A stretch of DNA of 64,000 nt from Octopus sinensis (lineage: Eukaryota): the NCBI RefSeq assembly GCF_006345805.1, contig NC_043013.1:42222001-42286000 (forward strand), given 5' to 3'. This document shows positions 39,093 through 52,722 of the stretch, piece after piece. Every line of letters starts with the position of its first letter. The stretch's first letter is position 1. A program made the position numbers and the translations under genes. Below the pieces are notes generated by a model. It was not told the DNA's origin and made no database searches. It saw nothing but the letters and a program-made list of their open reading frames with translations.

Positions 39093-40008
39093 TATTATAT
39101 ATATATATATATATGTATATGTATATATGTATGTGTGTGTATATGTTTGTATGTCTGTGTTTGTCCCTCCAACTTTGCTTGACAACCGATGCTGGTTTGT
39201 TTACGTTCCTGTAACTTAGTGGTTCGGCAAAAGAGATCAATAGAATAAGTACTAGGCTTCCAAAGAATAAGTCCTGGGGACGATTTGCTCGACTAAAGGC
39301 GGTGCTCCAGCATGGTCACAGTCAAATGACTGAAACAAGTATAAGAATACTGTTTCTATTGCACAGATGTTCACCTATTGCCAAGGTTTTGGAACATAAC
39401 ACCCACAATAGTTGAGTTATCACTGTATATATATATATATATATGTATGTATATATGCATGCATATACATGGTGTTGATCGAACTACCAATCACATGGTT
39501 CCGGGTTCAGTCCCACTGCATGGCACCTTGGGCAAGTGTCTTCTACTATAGCCTCGGGCCAAAAAAAGCCTTGTGAGTGGATTTGGTAGACGGAAACTGA
39601 AAGAAGCCCGTCGTATATTTGTATATATATATGCATGTGTGTGTTTGTGTTTGTCCCCCTAGCATTGCTTGACAACCGATGCTGGTGTGTTTATGTTCCC
39701 GTTACTTAGCAGTTCGGCAAAAGAGACCGATAGAATAAGTACTGAGCTTACAAAAGAATAAGTGCTCCAGCATGGCCGCAGTCGAAAGACTGAAACAAGT
39801 AAAAGAGTATACATTGCCGGTCTGAGTGTGCTTTGCATTGTTATAGCTTTTGAATGATGCCACCCTGCAGAACAGGACACAAGTCCATGTCTAGGTTATG
39901 CATTATTTACTGCTAAATGAACTGGATCAACATGAAGTGAAGTGTTTTGCTCAAGATCATAATGCAGAGCTGCCCTGGAAACCGTAACTGTGGTTTCACT
40001 ATACCAGG

Positions 40009-40054
<46 letters not shown>

Positions 40055-40272
40055 GCATGGTTGTATGTTTAAAGAGAGCACTTTTCAACCCTGTGGCTTC
40101 TGGCTCGGTGCCACAGTGTGACACCTTAAGCAGGTGTCTTCTACTCTAGTACTGAACCAACCAATGCCTTGTGGGTTTCATAAGAGGGTTCTGAATACTG
40201 TGTGGAAGATTGTTGTGTGTATGTATGTATGTGTGCGTGCGTGTTATGTATATATGTGTGTATATATATGTA

Positions 40273-40313
<41 letters not shown>

Positions 40314-40328
40314 ATGTACATATGTATG

Positions 40329-40370
<42 letters not shown>

Positions 40371-41552
40371 AATATTATGTGTATGTGTTTGTCACTCAGC
40401 ACTAAACTGATGGTGGTGGTGGCGGTGGTGATGGCAGTAGCAGTGATGATGATGATGGCAGTGGTGATGATGATGACAGTAGTGGTGGTATCAGTGGCAG
40501 TAGTGGCAGTGGTAGCAGTGGCAGTGATGGTAGTGGTATCAGTGATGATGATAGTGGTGGTGGTGGTTGTATCAATGGTGGAGATTATGACGGTAATGGT
40601 GGTGGTAGTGTCAGTGATGATGATGATGAGGATGTTGGCAGTGATGATGATCTGTGTGTATCAAGAGTCTTGACTATATTCTTATATAATATTGATTACC
40701 CTATTACTGGTTCTGGGGCAATTTTTTCCTACAGATATTATTATGCTGTACTTACAAGCAGGACACACACCCCTCTCCTTACCACCTTTGTCTGCCTGAC
40801 TGGCCAACAGGTTCCACCCCTATTTCATGGTTGAGTGATTAGCAGTAAGAGAGGGTATCCATCTGTAAAATATACCATTACTCCAGCAAAAACAATTCTG
40901 ATTCTGCTGAAACACAAGAACGGATAGAAAGTTTGGCAAAATATCTACACACATACATGTACACACAAACACACACACATACGCAACACACAGTCAGAAC
41001 ACATATACAATCAGTTATGCATAGACTCATTCAATACAATTCTGTGACATGAACTCACTTTCATATATGTATATATATGTGCATGTGTCTATATATATGT
41101 TGTGTGTGTGTGTGCGTGTATGTTATGTATGTATATGCAAATATGTATGTATATACATGTATGCACGTGTTTGTATATATATATACATGTATGTGTATAT
41201 GTATATATACATGTATGTATATATGTATGTATATGTGTATATATATGTGTGTATGTATAAGCATATATAAATATATATATATATGTGTGTGTGTATGTAT
41301 ATGCATATATATAGGTATGTATATGCATGTATGTGTATATGTGTGTGTGTGTGCGTATGTATGTAAATTCATGTATATATATATATTATATGTATGCATA
41401 TATATATAAATGTATATGTGTACGTACAAATGTATGTGTGTATAACTGTATGTATATATATAAAAACACACATACATTCATGCATATACACATTCATGCA
41501 TATGCACCCATTCATATGCATTCACACATCCACGTGCATGCACGACTCTCTG

Positions 41553-41588
<36 letters not shown>

Positions 41589-41986
41589 AGCTATACACAT
41601 AGGCACACAGTAATTAGCGGAGAAGAGAAGGCAGTCGGTTCAATGAACTAGAATACGATAGAACGCTGGGAACCTCAACACCTGACTCTCGGTTCAAATC
41701 TCCCTCCGTCTCTCTCTCTCTCTTTGTCCCTCTTTTTTCTTGTTTGTCTTTTTCTCTTTTTCACTCCCACGTTTGCCACACTACTTCTCTAGCACATACA
41801 TGTACACACTTTTTCTCTCTCTCTCTCTCTGTCTCTCTCTCCCTGTCTCTCTCCCCTCCCTATCGCTCTCTCTTTCTTTCTCTCTCCTCCTTCTCTCCCT
41901 CTCTCTCTTTCTCCCTTTCACTCTTTAATACATACATTCCCTCTCATAAATAATGCACATACACATGTGCAAATATATATATATAT

Positions 41987-42017
<31 letters not shown>

Positions 42018-42399
42018 TATACATATACACACACGCATGCTCACACAACACGCACACACACACAAAACTGCTGCACACCATTTTTCAATCAGAAAGTGAT
42101 CCAGTCTTGGGGGAAGAGTTGGAGGAGATGGGGGCAGGTGACTGGTTGTATTATACACTCCATTTCATCAACATCCCCTACCACCAGCACCATATGCACT
42201 CTGTCTCTCTCTCTCTCTCTCTCTCCCTCACTCTCTCTTTCTCTCTCTCCCTCACTAACTTATAGAATTGATGGCAACAGATAATTGCATTTCATGATTC
42301 TCATCTTCAGATTTGTTTCCATCCAACCATGGTCCTCCTCTCACTCTCACACCTCACCCTTTCTCTCCTCTTCTTACTCTTCCTTTTTCTCCATTGTCT

Positions 42400-42431
<32 letters not shown>

Positions 42432-43697
42432 CTGCTCTCTTATTTTATGAGAAGCAGCATCCAATACACATATACACATGCCTTCTCACACACACACACA
42501 CACACACACAGGTGTGTCTGTATTCATATAATAAATTAGCATTATATGTATTTGTGTGTGTGTGTACTTGAAATATTAACTAGAATGGAGGGAGTGGAAA
42601 AGTGTGTTGGCACATTCAAGGCAGTGCTCCAGCTTGGCTGCAGTTGAAGGATTGAAATGAGTCAAAAGGCTGTGTACTTGAAGATGTTGAAGGATTTTAA
42701 GGAAATGCTCACATTAAAAAGGAGTAACAAAGTAACAGCCTGACTTAATGGCATGGTCTACCTTGGCTAAGACTAGTCCTGACTGGTAAGTTGACGTACA
42801 AAAGGAAATCAATATGGGATGGGCACTTGGAAGGAAGACCATAAGATATGGTGGACTTAGGCAATTGGACGAGGCATGGTGGAGATGTGTGGTTTAGTGG
42901 TTAGGTTGTTAGGCTCACCATTGTAAGATTGTGGTTTCAATTCTTGGACCAGGCAATGGATTGTGTTCTTGAGCAAAACACTTCACTTCATTTTGCTCCA
43001 GTCGACTCAGCTGGCAAAAATGAGTACCACTAGTGGAGGCGTAATGCTTAGTGGTTAGAGTGTTGGATTCACAACCGTAAGATTGTGGTTTCGATTCCTG
43101 GACCGGGCAATGTAATGTGTTCTTGAGCAAAACACTTCACTTCATGTTGCTCCGGTCTGTTCAGCTGTAGAAACGAGCTTAGCCTGGGAGAGGGATAGGC
43201 TCCACCAAGCTTTCTCACCCTGGATATGCTGCATGGCTGCAGTGCCCCAACAACCCCCAAGGGGTTAAGGGATTTGTCAATGGTGGCAGCAATGTATAGT
43301 CCTTTTGATGGAGATGAAATGTTGTGGGTTTTATAGCTAGATCAACATCTCACCTTGCTAATAGTGGACTTAGGAAGCATAGCAGGGTAGGAAAATGTTT
43401 CATCATGGATCTGGCGGAAGCATCATTGTCATCATTTAACGTCCACTTTCTCATGTTTGCACGGGTCATATGGAATCTGTGAGGCAGGCTTTCGACTACC
43501 TGAGATGCCCTTCCTGTCACCAACCCTCTCCTGCTTCCAAGCAAGATAGCTTGGACGACAGTGAAGCTTGTTTACAACCACCACAATGCCAAGACAAGGA
43601 TATACACACACTCACACAAACATATATATATATACACATATAAGTTGAATGAATAGAACCAACAGAAAGGAGTACATTTAGATAGCTATTTAATAAA

Positions 43698-43798
43698 CAC
43701 TACACATGTTTCGATACAACATAGATCCACATGTACATAGAGTTAAATTAAGCAATGGTTTACCTGTATAATGGGATCCAGTTGTATCTCCTCAGGTG
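43698..43798 (-). ncRNA. Minimal type I hammerhead ribozyme in a different TA-associated element (~43630-43950)
   Basis: Minus strand: CAC-CUGAGGA-GAUACAAC[60 nt]GUUGUAUC-GAAA-CAUGUG-UA-GUG. Perfect 8-bp stem II, short palindromic stem III, 3-bp stem I. Confidence 0.75.
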
Positions 43799-44159
43799 AT
43801 ATACAATCGCTTTCCCTGTAAGTAAATCTTTGACTTTGCTGTTAGCACACAATGAATGCCTAGACTTCGAATACTACTAGCTATTTCGTAATTCTAAGGG
43901 TGAATGAGCTCTATTTTGTACTCTAATATGTTCCTAATGGAATACACTTTAAATTTTTATATGTATATAAAAAGCACCCACTACACTCACGGAGTGGTTG
44001 GCATTAGGAAGGGCATCTAACTGTAGAAACACTGCGAGATCAAACTGGGCCTGGTGCAGCCTTCTGGCTTCCCAGACCCCAGTTGAACCATCCAACCCAT
44101 GCCAGCATGGAAAGCGGACGTTAAACGGTGATGATGATGATGATATATATATATATATA

Positions 44160-44790
44160 TGCAGATGCACAGGAACAGTAAGTACTAAGAGCATGAGGCA
44201 CTTAAACTCTCCCAAAGGCCCAGGAGGCTCTCTTGAAGTAGTAGTTACTTTCTGTTATTTAGGGGACCAAATTAGTAACAGTGGTGGATGCTCAGAAAGT
44301 GTTGTTTCGAGAATAAGAATAGGATGAAGGAAGTTCAGAGAACTACTACCTCTGTTGGTCGCAATAGGACTCTCTTTCAGAGTGAAAGGTAGATTGTACG
44401 ACCCTTGTGTGAGAACAGCTATGTTACATGGTAGTGAGACATGGGCTCTGACTGTGGAGGACAAGCATAGGTTCGAGAGGAATTAAGGTAGTATGCTCTG
44501 TTGAATTTGCAACAACAGTGTGCATGACTGACTAAGCATAACTGTGTTGAGAGAAAGGTTGGGCATAAGAGGGATTAAATGTGGCATGCAGGAGAGGAGA
44601 ATGAATTGGTTTGGACATGTGAGGCGTATGTGTAAAGACAGCTGTATACAGAAGTGCCTGTCATTGAAAGTGGATGGTACCTGTGGAAGAGGGAGACCCA
44701 GGAAGACATGGGGTGAAGTGGTGAGGACTGATCTTAGGATGTTGGGGCTCACAAAGGAAATGTCAATGGACCGAGAAGTTTGGTGATATG
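44160..44790 (+). mobile_element. RTE-clade LINE 3' fragment (decayed)
   Basis: LEVVVTFCYLGDQIS...KFRELLPLL...CVRTAMLHGSETWAL...RRMNWFGHVRRM...GRGRPRKTW, with stops. Confidence 0.85.
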
Positions 44791-46473
44791 AGGTTCTAGA
44801 GAAGGCCTGCCCATGTCAGCGAAACCGAGTGCCAGAAGAGTTGTGTCCCACCCACATGTAACAACACACTTTTCACCCACTCTACCCTAAGAAATCAAAC
44901 TACAACTCCCCTTCTAAACTGCATTTTTACTTCCTCACATTTCCTCTTCATAAATCATGATTGTTTTCCAATTCCTTTTCTTGCCCTCACTGCCCTATTC
45001 ACTGTATCGCTGCTTCCCACACGCGCAACACCCACACCCTATTTTTCTAACCAGGTTCAACGCTCATATTCTTGTTACTGGTGAGTATACCCTGGCACTA
45101 CATAATCTCTCTTTCTCTCTCTCTCCTTGTTTTTCTTCTGACCAGGTAACCAAGTATCTCCTTTACATCAGCACACTTGTTTCTGGCCTCTTTCTTGTAC
45201 ATCTCTCTCACTCTCTCTCTCTCTCTCTCTCCTTCTCCCTGGGTAAGTACTAGGCTTTAAAAAAGTCCTGGGATCAGTTTCTTCAGCTAAGACCCTTCAA
45301 AGCAGTGCTCCAGCATGGCTGCTGTCAACTGACAGAAAAGGATAAAAGAACAAAAGAATACAATGGGCTTCTTTTAGTTTCTGTCTACCAAGTCCACTCT
45401 CAAGGCTTTGGTCAGCCCAGGGCTATAATAGAAGCCATTTTCCCAAGGTGTCATACAGCGGGATTGATCCTGAAACCATGTGGTTGGGAAGCATGCTTCT
45501 CAGCCACATGACCACGTCTGCACCAATTTAATGTGGACCAAATAAAATGTCGGATATTCTGTGGTAGCGTCAGTGCAGCCAAGTACCACTTGAAGAAGCT
45601 ACACTGACCAGAATATGTCGAAATCTTTGTGATATCCAGTTAAATGTTGATGGTGAGAATGTCCTGTTGTGCAAAGCTGTGTGTTAAAATATATATTACC
45701 GGTGTAAAATGATGCACTTAAGATGTGTCCCTTTGTACATCAAAAGGTGACTTAGCCATTCAAGAGAGATCAATAAAAAGAAGTATCGTACTGAAATTGT
45801 ATGGTAATGTGGTCAATAGGATCAGCAGAAACCTTTGATGGTGTTGTCCCAGCATGGCACCCTCATCAAAGACGGAAACCAGTGAAAGAGGATAATGATA
45901 TAAATATTAAATGAACATGTTTATGCACGTGTGCGTGTGTATGTATCACATGAAATGAATGTGTGTGTAGTATATTAAATGAGTTTGTGTGTGTGTGTCT
46001 ATTAAATGAAGATATATGTATGTGTTAAATAAATGTATGTGTATGTGTTAGATATTAAATGAACACATGGGCCCGTGTGCGTGTGTGCATGCATCTATCT
46101 TTATCTTTCATAACCATTTCTGATCTTTTTCTCTCTCTCTCGGTATAAACTGTCTCTCTCTCCCCACGATTCTCTCTCTCCTCTCTCTCTTTTCGTTTTG
46201 CCCCCTCCCCACCTCATAATTATTTTGACATTATTTAAAAATGTAATCTAAACAGATGAGTTTTGTGTGACTGAGTTGTCGGAGAATTGTGCAGATATAT
46301 TTGTTGTCATTTAACCCCAGGTCAGTTGCGACGCAGTAAACCTATGATCAAAGACATTCCAGCCAAAGGAATCAACAACCACATCACACCAAACTACAAA
46401 CATAACTCACATTTCTCTTCACCCACACTCTCTCTCTTTCTGTGTATGTATATACATATATATATATATATAT

Positions 46474-46726
46474 ATAATTAATCAATATAGGGTGGCAAAA
46501 AAAATTATGTAGAATTTTTTTTGCCACCAGCGGCCTAGTGGGAAAAAATTAAATAGTCATAGACCATTTTTAAGTTCAACATCAACAATCAAGGAACGGC
46601 CATAATAGGCCATTCACCCACTAGAAATAACAGCCAAAGCTTCAACCGCAAATAAAAATCAATTCCGTAAACAGGAGAAAATTTAAAAAACATTTACCCT
46701 GTAATTTCTTATACGATGCACCGTTT
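46474..46726 (-). mobile_element. Dispersed truncated copy of the 485-bp hammerhead element
   Basis: Near-identical to the first ~250 bp of the array unit. Starts at the same ataattaatc terminus after (TA)n and ends inside the hammerhead (…tacgatgcaccgttt), followed by atatat. Confidence 0.9.
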
Positions 46727-46941
46727 ATATATGCACACTGCTCCTACCTCTTGCTAAACTATCCCAACAGTCTGCTATATAACTCAACAACACATCACGC
46801 CAAGCTCCAGCACCCATCCCACACCTCAAAGTATCTCATCCCTAATCTCCAATACTGCAATCTTGCAACGTATCCTTGTTATTTCATTGGTGCAGTGCAT
46901 TTCTTGGTAAAGATGACAAACGTTCATTCTCTCTCTCTCTC

Positions 46942-47010
<69 letters not shown>

Positions 47011-47589
47011 TATATATATATGAATATATGAACAAATAAATGGAGTTTAACACAGGTGTAATCAATATTTTTACTTTCGACACGTTTCGAAAATTCCACA
47101 CACCTTTGCTATAGCCCTGGGCTAGGTAATATTCAAAATATTCAACGTAAACACGAAGATTCTACCTTTATAAACAAGGAGTTACACAATCTTTACTTGT
47201 GAGATTTTTGCTACCCTGGTAACTATTTATTTATTTTTTCCGTGTTAATTGTTAACAAGGTAAAAATACACTCATCTATTTATATATATATATATATATA
47301 TTTTCATTTGAAGATGACATCCAACTGATTGATAAAACTTCACTGATGAGACAGGCATTTGTTGGCCTGGGGCTATAATGGAAGACACTTGCACACACTG
47401 GGACTGAACCTGAAACTATGTGATTGGAAAGCAAATTTCTTACCATACAGCTGTGTGTGTGTGTGTGTGTGTTGTTGACATCCTTTTTGTCTCGAGAGAC
47501 AATGGAGTTGTGCATAAAATAATCTAGTCAGGCTTTTACATTTCATGTCCTAATACATCTCCTGCTATGGCTGTGTAATCCTATCCTGG

Positions 47590-47624
<35 letters not shown>

Positions 47625-48224
47625 AGTGGCTGTGTGGTAAGTAGCTTGCTTACCAGCCACATGGTTCTGAGTTCAGACCCACTTCATGGCAACTTGGGCA
47701 AGTGTTTTCTACTTTAGCATCAAGCCAACCAAAGCCTTGTGAGTGAATTTGGTAAACAGAAACTGAAAGAAGCCCATCATTTATATATATGTATGTATGT
47801 GTGTGTATGTTTGTGTGTCTCCCCACCACCACCATCACCACTGTTGCTTGACAACAAATGTTGGTGTGTTTACGTCCTCATAACTTAGCGGTTCGGCAAA
47901 AAAAAAAAAAGAGACCGAAAGAATAAGTACTAGGCTTACAAAGAATAAGTATTGGCAGTGCTCCAGCATGGCTGCAGTTAATTGACTGAAGCAAATACAA
48001 GAGTAATAGAATATGACCGCAGCCGCACGGCTGAAACAAGTAAAAGAATAAAAGAACATACATATATATATGTGTGTGTGTATGTGCATGTATGTATACA
48101 TACTGAATTAATACAGGCATGATAGGGAAAAATTTAAATGAACAAGTATTGTGTCTTTATATCATTTATATATTTATTGATAATGTACTTTTATATATAC
48201 ACACACACACACATATATACATAT

Positions 48225-48255
<31 letters not shown>

Positions 48256-48368
48256 CATACACACACACACATATATATACATACACACACACACATATAT
48301 ATATATATATACACACACACACATATATACACATACACACACACACATATATACACATACACACACAC

Positions 48369-48409
<41 letters not shown>

Positions 48410-49243
48410 CACACACACATATATATACACACACACACATATATATATATAATGGGCTTCTTTCAGTTTCTGTCTACCAAATCCACTCACAAGACTTTAC
48501 CCAGCCCAGGGCTATAGCAAAAGAGATTTTCCCTTTTGTTTTTCTTTTGCACCACCTTTTCTTTTTATTTTTTATCTTTCTTCTGATAAAGGACTACTGT
48601 TCAAAATGTCAAGACTCTTTTCCTTCTGTTTTACATTAAACTAATACATTTGTTAAAACTTGTCCCTCTCATGTTGTTTTCTCTGTGTGTGTGCTTGCGT
48701 ATATATATGGTATGAAGGTGCATGGCTCAGTGGTTAGAATATTGGGCTCACAATCATGAGGTAGGGAGTTCAATTCCTGGACCAGACTGTATGTTGTGTT
48801 CTTGAGCAAGACACTTTATTTCATGTTACTCCAGTTGACTCAACTGTAGGAATGAGCTGTGAGGTCACTGATGCCAAGCTGTATCAGCCTTTGCCTTTCC
48901 CTTTAATAACATCGGTGGCATGGAGAGGGGAGGCTGGTATGCATGGCTCACTTCTGGTTTTCCATAAACAACCTTGCCCAGACTTGAGCCTCAGAGGGAA
49001 CTTTCTATGTGCAATCCTGTGATCATTCATGACCAAAGAAGGCCTTTACCTATATGCATATTTGTGTGTGTGTGTGTGTGTGTGCGTGTGTGTGTGTGCT
49101 TAAGTATATGTTTCTGTATGTGGTAAGCCTATCATTTCAGACATGTGATCAGTGTCCTGGTATTGACTCCTGTCTAGACTCTAATTTCATTTTTATTTAT
49201 TTATCTATTTATCTTGTTTTTTTTTTACCATTTCCTCTTTTAG

Positions 49244-49413
49244 AGAAGAAGAAGATCCAAGCAACGTTAGTGAAAGCCAATGAGATTTTGTCCGAGGAGC
49301 GAGTCAGAATTGCCTTTGTATTTACATTGAATGGACGTGCCATACGCCAAGTCTACCGTCTGCTTAAGACTCTCTACCATATCAACCACTACTACTTCTT
49401 CCATGTGGACGCT
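49244..49413 (+). CDS. oxt: Xylosyltransferase exon C (start of GT14/Branch domain)
   Basis: Acceptor cttttag|AG and donor GCT|gtgagt; 170 nt, phase 1-0. Translates EKKKIQATLVKANEILSEERVRIAFVFTLNGRAIRQVYRLLKTLYHINHYYFFHVDA, matching the XYLT pattern RIAF...GRA.RQ...HVD. Confidence 0.93.
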
Positions 49414-49794
49414 GTGAGTATAACTAATTACCTGTACACACACACACACACACTTTCCTTTACATAATTTTCATTTACTCACATGTTCACTAATTCACTT
49501 GTATACACGCACACACATGTGCAATATGTGTATATAATATATATGTATGATGTGTGTGTGTGTGTGTGTGTGTATAATGTAAAGGAATGTCTACCTTGGA
49601 TGAATGTATACTGCAATTGGAGCAACTAAATGCACACAAAAACTACATCAAAGGACATTAGGATACTTATGCAACAGAGACACCTGTCGGATTGGAATTT
49701 TATGTGAATAATACTGCAATAAACAAATTTTGCAGGTATATAATTCTTCTTTATGATGTCCTGATTTTATATATAAATAAATATATAGATATAG

Positions 49795-49826
49795 ATATCT
49801 AGGTATATAGATATCTCTCTCTCTCT

Positions 49827-49862
<36 letters not shown>

Positions 49863-49925
49863 TAGATAGATTGATATCTCTCTCTCATATATATATAGAT
49901 AGATAGATAGGTAGATAGATATATA

Positions 49926-49956
<31 letters not shown>

Positions 49957-50199
49957 GGGAGAGTTTACGAAAAAAACAAAAGACGAAGACAGGTAGTGTA
50001 CAAAACAAACCAACGTATTAGTTATAACGCTCAGGAGAGAAAGTATTCTATGTTTCGCACCTGCGCTCTTCTACAGAAAGGGACACAGAAAAAAACAAGA
50101 GAGAAAAAAATGTGTGTAATGGCTAGATAGATAGATAGATAGATATCTCATATATATATAGGTATATAGATATCTCTCTTTCAGTATATATATATATAA

Positions 50200-50230
<31 letters not shown>

Positions 50231-50555
50231 GATAGATAGATAGATTGATATCTCTCTCTCATATATATATATAGATAGATAGATAGGTAGATAGATATAT
50301 ATCTCTCTCTCATATATATATATATATATAGGGAGAGTTTACGAAAAAAACAAAAGACGAAGACAGGTAGTGTACAAAACAAACCAAGTATTAGTATATA
50401 ACGCTCAGGAATAGAAAAAGTATTCTACGTTTCGCGCCTACGCTCTTCTACAGAAAGGGACACAGTAAAAACAAAGAGAGAAAAAATGTGTGTAATGGCT
50501 AGATAGATAGATATCTCATATATATATAGGTATATAGATATCTCTCTTTCATGTA
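49795..50555. repeat. Tandem duplication with ~374-bp period (microsatellite mosaic plus the hammerhead-like 180-bp element)
   Basis: gggagagtttacg occurs at 49957 and 50331 with the same flanking GATA/TC/TA mosaic. Confidence 0.85.
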
Positions 50556-50569
50556 TATATATATATATC

Positions 50570-51614
50570 TCAGGTCATTAAGGATGAAATGCCCGATTTT
50601 GAACTGAGAGCTTTTCTGACTTTATCTCAACAAAATGTAATGCAGTTTATCAAAGTGTATACCTAAATTATCATCATAATTTTGCCATTTTATTGGTAGC
50701 TTATTTATGCCAGCGGTGAAGAATTCTGGAGATAAAGAGGTAATGAAATCATGAAAGGCTGTTTTTGCATCTTCTTCAGATTTGAAGTTTTTTCCTTGCA
50801 AAAAGTTGTCTAATGCTTGGAAAACATGATAGTCAGTTGGTGCAAGGTCTGGTGAATATGGTGGATGACAGAGTACTTCCAAGTTCAGTTCCTGTAACTT
50901 GAGTGGTGTTCCTTGTGCAACATGTGGTTGAGTATTGTCTTGCAAGAGAATTGGCCTGTCTCTATTGACCAGTCTCAGTTGTTTAATTGTAAGTTCACTC
51001 ACCATTTCATCCAATTGGTTGATGTACACACCCACTGGAATTGACATACCAGGTCTCATGAAGCTGTAGTGGATGATACCTGCACTGGACCACCAAATAG
51101 ACACCAAAAGCTTTTTTTGATGAATATTCTTTTTTGAATTGTGTTTTGGTACTTTGTCTCTATCCAACCACTGTGCAGAATGCTTGCTATTGTTGAAAAG
51201 AATCCATTTTTCATGTCAAAGTATGAATTTTGTTTAAGCCTCAAGTAAGGTGAAACGCATCTATCATTCTCATAAGTCACTGCAGCGAAAATCTTCATTT
51301 TGTTCTGATATAGTATATTGGATGCGTTAAAAAAATCAGTGATGATTGAAAATTTTGTAAATATAATTTTAAGTTTTCAGTGTTTACACAAATACCTTTT
51401 TTTTTTCTCTATCATGGGTTTATATGCTCCAATATTATTTTCTGTAGTCAATATATATTGTGAAAACTTATATTTATAATATATTGTGTTTTTAACACAA
51501 GTCTATAAAGAGATTTTATCTCAGACAATTCCACAGCATCATACATTCTAATGTGTATACATATGTATGACACAGATAGCAATATATATATATATATATA
51601 TATATATCTATATA

Positions 51615-51659
<45 letters not shown>

Positions 51660-52399
51660 TATGTATGTATGTATGTAAGTGTGTGTGTGTGTGTGTGTAT
51701 GTATATATATATATATAATCCTCATCTTTTAACTTCTGTTTTCCATACTGGCATAGGTTAGTAATGGTCCCACATACGATTCAAAAATGGTTTGCTTTTA
51801 TGCCGTGACAGTAAAGAACAGCAAGTTTCAAGACAGCATGTCATTTGATGGTCAGTGAGTTCATGTGGTACCCACTTGTCCTGCTTCTTTACCTTGCTGA
51901 TTTGTTTCAGATGGTCCACTACAGTTGGAATTGAAACATCAAACCTTGCTGCTAACTCACACATAGTTTGAGATGTATCTGCTTCCACTACAGTTTCCAG
52001 CACAGCATTATCCACCTTGGTCTCAGGTCTACCATGGGGTTGATTTTTAAGACTAAAGTCACCAGAGTGGAACTTCTCAAACCATCAACATAAAGTGCGC
52101 TCATCTGCCACATCTTCACCAAACACCTCGTTGTTTCGAGCTGTTTGGGATGCATTGGTTCTATGACAGAACTCATATTCATAAACAACACGAATTTTTT
52201 ATCTATCCATGGGTTCACAAAAATTGATTTACAAGAGAAAACTCACAATATAATGAGACACCATGAATTATATTTCGAAAAGTAATGATAGAACTCTTCA
52301 GTGTTATAAAACAAAGAATTGTCTGGATAAAACATTAGAGTTAATCACTGTCAAACTTGGTGCATAAGAAAATCAAACATTTTATTCTTAATTACCTGA
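50570..52399 (-). mobile_element. Mariner transposon (decayed, ~1.28 kb) interrupted by a ~550-bp insert at ~51215-51775
   Basis: TIRs tcaggtcattaaggatgaaatg / cattttattcttaattacctga. Motifs WVPHEL, DEKWI, LLQDN..PH and HPPYSPDLAPTDY. Confidence 0.92.
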
Positions 52400-52500
52400 T
52401 AGATATATATATATAATCAATAATAATAAAGGGTAAAATTAATTAATAATTTTACCAAGTAGTTCGGTATGTTAAAAGAACCAATATCAGTAACCTTATA

Positions 52501-52722
52501 CAAAAATTCTATAATTGTAAGCATACTTATGATTAGGTTTCAGTAAAAATTGCTTCACCACATACTGAAATTTAGAAATAGCAGTTAAATACAATTCCAC
52601 TACCATAACATATCTTATGGTAGTGGAATAGTATTTCACTGCTATTTCTAAATTTCGGAATGTGGTGAAGCAATTTTTCCTGAACCCTAATTATAATTAT
52701 GCTTATAATTATAGAATTTTTG
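52501..52722. repeat. ~105-bp-arm imperfect palindrome of an AT-rich repeat family (element ~52412-52722); related inverted structure at ~62855-63125
   Basis: caaaaattctataatt...taccataa | ttatggta...aattatagaattttt. The same family appears in reverse orientation at 62915-63125 with a ~55-bp inverted arm at 62855-62910. Confidence 0.85.

Noticed and set aside
3-48517. Numerous ORFs rich in poly-L/H/V/M/T or alternating YI/CV/HT
   Set aside because: They are translations of trinucleotide and dinucleotide microsatellites, with no splice context or protein motifs.
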